Source: Macrostomum hystrix
Lineage: Eukaryota; Animalia; Platyhelminthes
DNA length: 64,000 nucleotides
Reading direction: 5' to 3'
NCBI GenBank assembly: GCA_950097015.1
Contig: CATNEN010000003.1
Coordinates: forward strand, 5,270,001-5,334,000
A model generated the notes under the pieces. That model saw nothing but the letters and a program-made list of their open reading frames with translations, was not told the origin of the DNA and did not search any database. Position 1 is the stretch's first letter, and the number at the start of each line of letters is the position of its first letter. This document shows positions 10,406 through 21,341 of the stretch, in pieces. The position numbers and the translations under genes are program-made.

Positions 10406-13400
10406 TCAGACTAGTCGGCAGGGGGGATTGAAGCCGTCGGGCGCGGACACGTGCTGCCAGAGCCTCTTCGCCAATCTTCTCCCTTCGCCCCAGCGCACGG
10501 CGATAGCTCGCCAATCGGCGCACACATCGGCGTCGTCCAGGTCGAGGCTGAGTCGCATGAGCGGCTGGAACAGGCGCGGGTTGTGACGCGGCTGAATCCC
10601 AGTTTGTGAGGCCAGCAAAGAGGCTTGCAGCCAGTGGGGCAGGCTTGTCAAATTTGATCCAGGGTTCCTCAACCAGGTGCTCGCTGACATAAACGAAGCA
10701 TTGATGGCCGCTTTGCTTAGAATGATTGCTGTGTCCATGGACATTAGGTAGCCGGGACCTGGTGTGAGGGTCAGGTGGTTAGCTGTTTATTTGAGTCATT
10801 TTGTAATTATGGCAACTCAGAGAAAATTCGCATTAAATAAATTCTTATGACTGCAAGACCAACTATTTCCAAACAACACTGCAAGCCATGTCTCTGGACA
10901 ACATTAGAGACCTGTCTCTGGACAACATTAGAAGACCTGTCTCTAGAAAACATTAGAATACCTGTCTCTGGACAACATTAGAAGACCTGTCTCTGGACAA
11001 CATCAGAAGATGGACAACATTAGAATACCTGTCTCTGGACAACATTAGAATACCTGTCTCTGGACAACATTAGAAGACCTGTCTCTGGACAACATTAGAA
11101 TACCTGTCTCAGGACAACATTAGAATACCTGTCTCAGGACAACATTATAAACGTGTCTCTGGACAACATTAGAATACCTGTCTCAGGACAACATTATAAA
11201 CGTGTCTCTGGACAACATTAGAATACCTGTCTCAGGACAACATTAGAAGACCTGTCTCTGGACAACATTAGAAGATGGACAACATTAGAATACCTGTCTC
11301 TGGACAACATTAGAAGACCTGTCTCAGGACAAAATTAGAAGACCTGTCTCTGGACAACATTATAGACCTGTCTCTGGACAACATTAGAAGACCTGTCTCT
11401 GGACAACATTAGAAGACATGTCTCTGGACAACATTAGAAGACCTGTCTCTGGACAACATTAGAAGACCTGTCTCTGGACAACATTAGAAGACCTGTCTCT
11501 GGACAACATTAGAAGACCTGTCTCTGGACAACATTAGAAGACCTGTCTCTGGACAACATTAGAAGACCTGTCTCTGGACAACATTAGAATACCTGTCCCT
11601 TTGACAACATTAGAAGACCTGTCTCAGGACAACATTAGAATACCTGTCTCTGGACAACATTAGAAGACCTGTCTCTGGACAACATTAGAAGACCTGTCTC
11701 TGGACAACATTAGAATACCTGTCCCTTTGACAACATTAGAAGACCTGTCTCTGGACAACATTAGAAGACCTGTCTCTGGACAACATACGAAGACCTGTCT
11801 CTGGACAACATTAGAAGACCTGTCTCTGGACAACATTAGAAGACCTGTCTCTGGACAACATTAGAAGACCTGTCTCTGGACATCATTAGAGACCTGTCTC
11901 TGGACAACATTAGAAGACCTGTCTCTGGACAACATTAGAGACCTGTCTCTGGACAACATTAGAAGACCTGTCTCTGGACAACATTAGAAGACCTGTCTCT
12001 GGACAACATTAGAAGACCTGTCTCTGGACAACATTAGAAGACCTGTCTCTGGACAACATTAGAAGACCTGTCTCTGGACAACATTAGAAGACCTGTCTCT
12101 GGACAACATTAGAAGACCTGTCTCTGGACATCATTAGAGACCTGTCTCTGGACAACATTAGAAGACCTGTCTCTGGACATCATTAGAAGACCTGTCTCTG
12201 GACAACATTAGAATACCTGTCTCTGGACAACATTAGAATACCTGTCTCTGGACAACATTAGAATACCTGTCTCTGGACAACATTAGAATACCTGTCTCAG
12301 GACAACATTATAAACGTGTCTGCCCGCAAGTAAGCGAACACACCTTTTGATATTTGATGCAATTGATTCAATTTGCGTAAGCAATGAAAGGATAAAATGT
12401 TTAAAGGCTTGAAGCCATGCAGACAGGAAAGGCTTGGAAGGCCAATGAGGCTATATTTAGTAAATAAAATTTCCGGCATTGGCGGAGAAAATATAGACTC
12501 AAAGGCTTAAGCAGTCTTTGGACATGAAAGTGATTGCCAAATTAGATTGTTTCATTCCTTAAAGATTCCAAGTGATTAATAATCCGTGATAAGTCAATCG
12601 GTGCAAAGAACTGCGTCATCACAAAAGTCTAAACTGAATCGACATGAAATTGCAGCTCGAATTCGCTTTCCGTGCTCGAATTTTCCTACTTTTTCACATC
12701 CGATTTCGCATCCGTTTTAAAGCTGAGTTGAAGGCTGCGAAATAAATTTAGCGCTCCAATCTGTCTGCTATTATCCCTTTAATAATTTATTGCCCCAGGC
12801 TGTTAGGAAGACAATGTAATTATTGGCGCGCACGTCTTGATAACCTGTGATTTTTTTTAAGAAACCACTTCTTCGCTAATCTTCTATGTACGCTGGACTA
12901 ACTTGTGTGCTTTTTGTCGATGTACACTGGATCAACTTGTGTGCTCTTTGTCTATGTACACTGGATCAACTTGTGTGCTTATCGTCTATGTACACTGGAC
13001 CAACTTGTGTGCTTATCGTCTATGTACACTGGACCAACTTGTGCGCTTTTTGTCGATGTACACTGGATCAACTTGTGTGCTTTTTGTCGATGTACACTGG
13101 ATCAACTTGTGTGCTTTTTGTCTATGTACACTGGATCAACTTGTGTGCTTATCGTCTATGTACACTGGACCAACTTGTGTGCTTATCGTCTATGTACACT
13201 GGACCAACTTGTGTGCTTTTCGCCTATGTACAGTGGACTACCTTGTGTGCTTATCGACTATGTACACTGGACCAACTTGTGTGCTTTTCGTCTATGTACA
13301 CTGGACCTTTGCAACAACACTCGCTACAAATAGTCCTTAGGGATACCGGAAGATATGAAATGCAACATACCCTCAATCAGAGAGTCATCCTTCTCATTTG

Positions 13401-14106
13401 AACTGCTAATACCAACAAATTTGGCTGCTGTGTGCGCAGAAAATGCTGGTGTATCTTTCGCTGTTAGCTTGTAGGGTAAGTAGCCGATGAGCAGTCTGAC
13501 GGTTTCGATATGCTTGAGTCCAGCTAGGTAGTCCACCAGCCTATAGGGATTCACGCCGCAGTCGGTCGAAGTTCGTAGTATAAAATCGATTCCTCGACAA
13601 TGCCTCATGCTCCACTGGGTGGCTGCAAGTGTGGTCGAGAAGTCAAGCAGTGAAGATCTCTCGCTGTTCAGTATGAGGATGTCACCGTGTTTCACGGCCT
13701 CCTCGTCAAGCTGTTGTCGCGCCTTCAAGCCCTCGACGCGTCGATTGAACACGCCGACAAAGATCCAGCGCAGCCGAAACTCTTCGTGGCGCACGACGGA
13801 GGCGTGCAGTCGGCGAATGAAAGCCCGATCGATAGCGGCGTCCGAGGCGTCGTCTTTGGTGGCGACAATCGCGACAACAGCAAGTGGAGGCGGTCGCTTC
13901 TGATCACACGGAATCGGCGAGTGTAAGATGAAATCGGACGGCTGCGGCTGATGATGACGATTCTGTCGCTGCTGATCCGGTTGCTGAGACAGAAATTCCA
14001 TGGAAGTTCGCGGCTGAACCAGCTGCCACGCCAGCGCGAGGCCGAACAGCGATAGGGCCAGGCAGCAGGCAAAGAATAGAAGCTGGCGCTTCGATCTGGC
14101 CTCCAT
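10406..14106 (-). CDS. GT31 (beta-1,3-galactosyltransferase-like) type II membrane protein; exons 14106-13371 and 10758-10406; 362 aa
   Basis: N-terminal TM anchor. [21 protein letters not shown]...C...[12 protein letters not shown]. Donor GAGG|GTATGT and acceptor CACCAG|GT join in frame to give [13 protein letters not shown], the GT31 GxGYxxS motif. Total 1089 nt. Confidence 0.8.
10889..12320. repeat. 25-bp minisatellite (GGACAACATTAGAAGACCTGTCTCT)n in the GT31 intron
   Basis: Visible tandem array. Confidence 0.97.
12885..13307. repeat. 34-bp minisatellite (TATGTACACTGGACCAACTTGTGTGCTTATCGTC)n in the GT31 intron
   Basis: Visible tandem array. Confidence 0.95.
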
Positions 14107-15190
14107 TGATTTTCCGGTATCGTCAGGCTTGAACTAGTTGAGTGCTTTTAAGTCAACCTTACTAACAGAACTAGTTATGCAGAAGGACTAAATTTATCCA
14201 TTGCCAGCTGCAAGAGAAACTTCCGGCCCCTAGCTGGTCTCGCTTTTGTTTCTGAACTGTCAATATCGACTGCGCCATTGTGCGACTAAACTATTCACCC
14301 GTATCTATAAAGCAATTGTGAACCTCAGAAGGTAACAATATAAGATAGTTCCAACAATTTTTTTTACAACAAAAGCACGAATTTTATTTTTTTCACAGTC
14401 GTTAGTTCTGATTTTCAACGAACTGGTTGGTAGTTTTTGTGTTTCTTTGTGCTTAACAATGGACCTTAAACAACAGTTGCAATGGAATTGGGAGGGCACG
14501 CACTTGCGACAGCACGACATGGAAAATTTTATTTGTTCGAAAAGATGTTGCATTAGCTCAAGGACATTTTCAGGAATGCAAAAACTAATAAACCTGGGAC
14601 ACTGACTAGTCCCAGAATCTTGACGTCAAAAGACTCAAGCATGAAATCTAACAAGACTCTATCAAAGTGAACTGTAGCGACACGGGTTGTCGGTCGTTAT
14701 ATCACGTGTTTGTCCTTGGTGTCATTGGCCTATCTAGAATTTAGCTAGCTATATAGGATGCGGGTAGGACAAATACACGCGGGTGCAACACAAGCCTGCT
14801 CAGAATCTGGTCTCAAGCGGGACAACATGAAAGTAGCGAATATTGATGATGAAATAGGGTTGAAGACGTCATCAGTCTTTAGCGGAAAAAATATCACGTG
14901 ATCGGGATCAAGCAAAGAATTATCAACAGGAAAAATATAGTACTGATAAAACATTTTACTCGAAAAGCCAAATAAAATACATAAAAATCTAAGTAATCGG
15001 ATTTAGTTGACAAAAAACAAAAATAATACGAGCGTATGTTCGATTGTGTCTGAAACAAACAAAATACATTTACTGAAATATGCCATTGGATAGCATAGGC
15101 GAAACTCGACGAGAAACGATATGGAGATGTACGAACAGACATCGCTTCATTACAAAAATAGTTCACTGATTCTGAATAAGCATACGTCAG

Positions 15191-15349
15191 TCACACTTTT
15201 ATGTTCTGGATGCTGCAATACTGCTCTTGCCGCTGCTGCTGCTGCTGCGGCTGCTGCTGCTGCTGTTGCTGCTGCTGATCGTGCTGCTGTTGATCGTACT
15301 GCTGCTGCTGCGGCTGCTGCTGCTGCTGCTGATCGTGCTGCTGCTGACC

Positions 15350-15428
<79 letters not shown>

Positions 15429-15436
15429 TGCTGGTG

Positions 15437-15487
<51 letters not shown>

Positions 15488-18400
15488 CTGCTGGTGCTGC
15501 TGCTGCTGATCGTGCTGCTGTTGATCGTACTGCTGCTGCTGCGGCTGCTGGTGCTGTTGCTCAGCTTTGCAACAGGTGCCCCAACCGAAGCAGTAGCACT
15601 GGCAGGTGCGGATTTGTTCCCGAAGACGCGAAAACGAGCTAGCGATGTTCCGCCGGATAGCCACACTCATGTAGCAGTAGATCACGGCTGACACGACCGG
15701 ATGAGCGAATTCCAACACCCTGGAGTACTCCAAGCTGATATTCAGCCAGTCCAGCAACTCATGGCGACCATTAGGGTCCAGCGAGTCGATAGCTATGATG
15801 AGCACTGACTTTGGGACCCAGAATAGGAGGAAGCAGCCGACTAGAATGAGGATTAGATTCTTAACTCGACGAGTAGCGCGAGGCTGCGGCGGCTTCGGTA
15901 GCTGCGGGGGAAGTTGACATGCGGGGCGGTTTGCGCGATGCAAAGAATCTTTTCAAGCGGCAATAATGACCTACTGATAAGGGTACCTTCTCGCTAATTA
16001 CGAGCTAAATCCATCTCCTTGATTAATAGTGTGACGATTTAATAAAACGCAAATACTAATGGCAGAAATGATGCTCCTAAAGCAAAAAACTGTTTAGAAT
16101 CGAACAATTTCGAAATCACTTAATGCACAATTTGCTGCAAAGAGATTTTCAAGGAAATCAGAGGAAAACAGCTAGTCACAATCCACAAACCAACCTTCTT
16201 GCTTGACTGTCGTCGCTGCGGCCTCTTTTGTTGACTACGCCGGCCGTATGTTCGAGTTGACTGCAGCGCAACGGCTGCCGTGGCGGCAGCTGTGGTTGTC
16301 TCGTCTGAGCGGTTGCTGCCGCTGCCGTTGCTGTTTTCGCGCCTATTGGAGGGCCGCCTGCTGATTAGGCGGGCCAGCCGGCCGTAGGTGACCGCAAGGA
16401 CGCATCCTGGACAAAACCACATCACGACTAAATGATATATGGACACAATCTTCTGCTTGTCTTGCAGCACCCACTCCTCGGAGCAATGGCTTAACGGGGT
16501 CACAAACTTTTGCTGCTGCCACACCGCGGATGTGTTTGGATCTTTTGACACTACGGTCACTTTCACGCGGCGTAGAGTGTGACCGAAGAATGTTGGACAG
16601 CTCAGCAAGGCAGCCGCCAGCCAGTTGCCGAGCATTAGGCCGATCAGCATTCGGTCTGAGATGACGCGAGCGCGGGCTCGAAGCAGGCTCTGACGAGTGT
16701 GCGCCACGGACATTGTGACCAGCGAGCCAGCGTTTATCATGACCCCGAATGCTGTAGGGAGGATAGTTGGGCGAGGACTGCTTTCACGGCACTATCGTGG
16801 TGCTAAATCGATCTTAACTCTACATAATAGAAAATAATTATATCTGCAGAGAACTGTGGGCAATCAAACATCATTCGATGACACTCGACCCGCAGCCAGA
16901 GAGGAGGCTGACTCCTGAACACACGCACACACACAGGTGAATTTCTGCCCTGACATCGTAAGGCTGTGTAAATTGCACGACAAGCCCCCAAGCCTTCTCT
17001 CCGCGGCTGCGCCCCAAATGAAGGTGGCCTCGCCCTGGAATCGAGCTCAGGGACCTTAGTGCGAGAGGCAAACTCGTTAGACCACTCTGCCACTCACCCA
17101 CCCTATCTCGTGGATAACTCGATGCTAACTCATAGCTAACTCGATCCTATCTCGATGCTAACTCATAGCTAACTCGATCCTAACTCGATGCTAACTCATA
17201 GCTAACTCGATGCTAACTCGATGCTAACTCGATGCAAGGTCGATGCTTTTATGACTCATAGATCTAATCTAATTTAATCTCTAATCTTCTATTCTAAACG
17301 GTTTGCTAAAACTAAAATGTAAATAAAGTAAAAACAGTACTTGTCACTATCTGGAAAGCCGAACGCTGCCTTCCAGTGTCGAGGTTTCTTATCAAAGTGA
17401 CGTCCCATCGACCGAAACTAAGATTTATTATTTGAATGAAAGTCGATAGTCTAATAGCTAATTCTGACGAAAATCCATTATCTCTAACTAAATAGAAGCC
17501 ACATTTCGACGCACGAAAGACAGAGTCCAGAGCTGTCTGGTTTAGGAAAACGAATCTTTGACTACCTTTGAAGCCTCTTAGATAGAGAATGCAGCGATTC
17601 ATGCGATCTTCGCTATCAGAAACGAGCCATCGAAGTTGATGAAAACAATGAACTACATAGAAAGGTATAGATTCTAAGGGTAGACAAGGATAGTTCCTCT
17701 TGCAATTTTTATACTGTGCTATCAATTAATTCAACGAAAAATACTTGTTAATTCGTTTTTTTAAGAGAATTTCAATAATAATCCATTACACCTGCCCCAA
17801 TTTGGTCAGATGTGTTGCCGGCAGCACAGCCGCAGCTATTGCGCGGCGCATCTGAAGGCTGCGTACGGCTGTTCAGTCCATGGACTGGGAGGGACGCCAC
17901 ACCCACCTTCAATTACCCCAGCTAATGCTGGTACCCATTTAACAGCTGGGTGAACTGTATAGCAATGCAGAGTTCAGTATCGTGCTAAAAGAGGGACAAA
18001 TTGTTTGAGTCAGGAATCGAACCCTCGACTTTTAAATCGTGAGTCCGACTCTCTAAGACTAGAGATCATTAAGTGTGTTCCTCGTCAGAAGTCCAAAGCA
18101 TTAAGGCGACATGAGCGTACACGGTTTTATTAGTGATCGAGGGCACGAGCAGCTGTATAATAGTGAGTGTCCTGGCTACAAATTAAGCGTGCGTGTATTT
18201 GACACGCATAATTCTGGCTCATTGGTAAATAAGACTGGCGCGTGTGACACCTCGAGGCTGCTAGCTACTCAACTGCCGCAAGGGCTTTCCCAATTTCCCC
18301 TGACGGACGGACTTTTCCGAGCGCACTCGCACAACTCAACGTGCCTTCCTAGAACTGATGGAGATTAGACTATGCCTGACTCAGCGTCTTAGCAGGTGAT

Positions 18401-19296
18401 TTCTTCTTTGAGGAAGACCGACTTTTTTGAGGCAATAATGTTTAATTTAATTCTATCATGTCCGATAGACAGAGGACGCACGAAACAGGAGCCTTAGAAC
18501 CTTGTTTCCTATGGGTCAGGCTTCGAACTTCAGACCTTTTGGTTGGGTGTCCGAGGCCCTTTCAGGAGGGTTTTGAGCGATGACACATAGTTTGGTGACA
18601 CTAGACACGCAGCCAGCGAGGAGGCAATTCTGCCCCCTCTGCTGACTCCTGGGCACACACGCACACAGATACTGTACGCTGGCATACGCTCACACAGGTG
18701 TGTACATCTGCCCTAACTTTCTCATCGTCAGAAATTTTTTTACGAAAAATTTTACTTGCCTTGGAGGTTGGCCCTCAAGGGCTGCAAGTTGCACGACAAC
18801 CCTAAGCCTTCTCTTCGCGGCTGCGCCCCAAATAAAAGCGGCCTCGCTGCGGAATCGAGCTCATGGACCTTGGTGCGAGAGACCGCTCTGCCACTCACCC
18901 CCTATCTGAAGCTCATAGCCGCTCTCTCCGACTGGCCCAACTCAAAAACTTTCAATTATTTTGTTTATTAAGAACATTAGAGCATTGAACAGACTCACAG
19001 TTAGCCCACATGTAGATTTTGCAACTCCAGTTGCCCAATTCCCAAGATTTGGTAGCGATCCGAAGCATTGTGACCGGAATGCAGTAGACTGTCATAAGCA
19101 GTCCGCAAACTGCCTGATTCAGCATCAGGCTTGTCACCTTGCGGCGCAGTCGCGGTCGCTTAGCAACAGTTACTAGGAGGTAGGCATTGCTAACAGTGCC
19201 AGCAATCAGCACAATGGTCAGCAGAACCAGCAGAGCAATATTGTGATTGGTGATTTGCTTCAGTCGAAGAGTTTCCCGTTGCATAAATAACTCCAT
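15191..19296 (-). CDS. Class A neuropeptide-receptor-like GPCR with polyQ C-terminal tail; exons 19296-18999, 16751-16195, 15901-15191 (about 521 aa; N-terminus may extend upstream)
   Basis: TM1 GTVSN, TM2 LNQAVCG, ECL1 WELGNWSCK, ECL2 HCSEEW, TM5 FCPG...YGR, TM6 CFLLFWVP, TM7 HPVVSAVIYCYMS. Phase-consistent junctions: AACT|GTGAGT..CTACAG|CA and AAG|GTTGGT..CCCGCAG|CTA. The exon 3 acceptor is the least certain. Confidence 0.8.
15227..15560. repeat. Interrupted (CAG)n/(CTG)n trinucleotide repeat encoding the GPCR polyQ tail
   Basis: Visible repeat lying in frame within the last GPCR exon. Confidence 0.95.
16880..17100 (-). mobile_element. tRNA-derived SINE family B, internally deleted copy (GPCR intron)
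   Basis: Minus-strand head GGTGAGTGGCAGAGTGGTCTAA...GCTCGATTCC. Body AAGCCTTCTCTCCGCGGCTGCGCCCC (plus strand) is shared with the copies at 18.6, 28.9 and 53.4 kb. Confidence 0.8.
17103..17235. repeat. 11-bp tandem repeat (TAACTCGATGC / TAACTCATAGC)
   Basis: Short visible array abutting the SINE head. Confidence 0.85.
17775..18064 (-). mobile_element. tRNA-derived SINE family A copy
   Basis: Reverse complement of the 8574 element, with a near-full-length body and (ATT)n tail. Confidence 0.85.
18592..18902 (-). mobile_element. tRNA-derived SINE family B, near full-length copy
   Basis: Same head and body as the 16880 and 53415 copies. Confidence 0.8.
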
Positions 19297-19550
19297 CCAT
19301 TCATTGGTGACGTTGAAATACTGTGAAACAGAAAGTTGTGAGTTTGCCGTAGCATTTAGAGTCCTATACTCAATGGAATAAACCTGTTTGTCCTACTATT
19401 GAATACGAATTTAATGTCTTCATCTGTAATTACAAAAATATGGGGTCCTACTCGAAACATTTACCCAGCAGGCCCTACAAATTAACACAATAAAATAAAA
19501 TGTTTAATGATAATAATAATTGCCGGAGGGCTGCTAACAATGGCACATCT

Positions 19551-19650
19551 TTTGGTGACACTAGACTCGCAGCCAGCGAGGATGCAATTCTGCTCATTTC
19601 GCTGACTCCTGAGCACACACGCATTCACATAGGTGTGTACATCCACTCAC
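19551..19650 (-). mobile_element. SINE family B 3' fragment
   Basis: TTTGGTGACACTAGACTCGCAGCCAGCGAGG...GCTGACTCCTGAGCACAC matches 18592-18660. Confidence 0.7.
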
Positions 19651-21341
19651 CGCCCAAACATTATGGAAATAAATACGAGTCGTCCTTTTCTTACTCACCA
19701 GATCCACTTCAAGATTAAATGAGTCCCTAGTGATTATCATGACTATATTGCTGGTAGATATGGTCTTGTCTCAAATTCGTAGATTGGCAGTATTTGTGTC
19801 AGTGAGAATAGGACAGCAGCGGCAAACTATAATAGTTCCACAGATTCTTAACTTGAGCTTAATCAACAAAAATGCGTCATTCAGTTAAGACTTGAGTTTG
19901 AGCTTGTAGCAGCTACTCAAGAGAGTCTGTCACGGCTTGCCTGGCTTAAATTCATCTTCTCTCCTCTTGAGCTGTCTGCTCGGGGGTGGCCTATTATTTT
20001 GTAGCCAATCACTGTCGAACTGTTTGTTCAAGTCACCCACGTAATCACCTATGTCTGCGAGTCTGTCTCACTCGATATTTCAATTTCTATTTTCAGACTA
20101 TTGAAAATCGAGAGAGCATAGAGAGGTTAATTTTTCAATGACACAACTGAAATATTGGCTAGACATCTGCTAGGTGATTCTTAGACCTCTAAGGCTTAAA
20201 ATTGTAAGAATTAACTCTATATCTGCTTCAGTCCGGTGATGTCCCGCCATTCACCGTGATAGTTTGCCGATTATAATCATCCGGCTAATTAACTTACTAG
20301 TTTTTTGTGACTTGAATGTAACACGTCACAATTTCGTACTAATAACGGTCATTAGTTCGGATCTAAAGTGAGTCTAAATTAGTTCTAGCTTTTGCCCACA
20401 TACAGAAGGCTTGGGGACTTGTTGCGTCATATTTGCCTGGGTTGGGTATGTCCATGGACATTAACATGCAGCTTGTACCATGTGATACATTAGAATGGTT
20501 TAAAACCGTAGCGTGTTGGTTTTACGTGATTCAAGCTGCTTACCTGTTGGTTACACAGTTGATCTACTCGTAAAAATAATCCAAATGATAAGGCAGAGAT
20601 TAATCAAAGGATACAATAACAATCAACATTTTCAGTGGGCCCTGGACCAGAATGACGGGCGTGCATGACCTCTCTTCAAGTGTTTATCAAAACAGTTTCA
20701 TGTTTTAAAAATTGTTTATAAATTCCTTTTCATTCATTCGATTCGTCTGCAGGATGGCATACAAAAACATTCTGTATAGGCTCTTTTCATTGCCAGACTT
20801 GTAGCTCGAGTTCAGGTAAAACATATCCAGTAAACATATTCAACAATAGACGGCGAAAGAAAAGAAGCAGAAAATGCGAATCAAATAAATAAATAGAAGC
20901 CAAGTAATAAGCAGAAGCAAATCTGTTATATTTTTCGTCAATACGGACTGCAAAGAAGACAAGAGTTGAAATTATGAAACAAAATAGTTAACTCGGCGTT
21001 CTGTTGTAGTTAAACAGCTTTTTGTGCTTTTTGGTTAGTAAAACGCGTTTGTGTTCTTTAGTTTAAGCAGAGTTGATGAAAGCTAAGAGATTTTTGGGCG
21101 GCAAAGATGAAGAGATAGACGAGAAAAAGCCTATTTTTATGCCTGCTTACGGAGCCGTACAGAGTCCAAGCGTGTGCTCAAAGCGGCGGCCTCTCGTCAA
21201 TAACATGTAAGAAAAATAATGCTTAAAAATAAATCCAGTCCTCAATTGTTCTCCGCGACTGAGGTGGCACGATAAGTACAGAGAAAGCGCGACTTAAAAT
21301 AGAAACAAAACTGAAATTATTCGGCCCCCTCCATGTGAATG

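Noticed and set aside
18605-18630. Minus-strand GCCTCCTCGCTGGC in SINE B, identical to the HDV ribozyme P3/L3 as recalled
   Set aside because: No GG for P1.1, no convincing P1 partner, and no P4, catalytic C or P2 3' strand before the element ends; other copies vary at this site.
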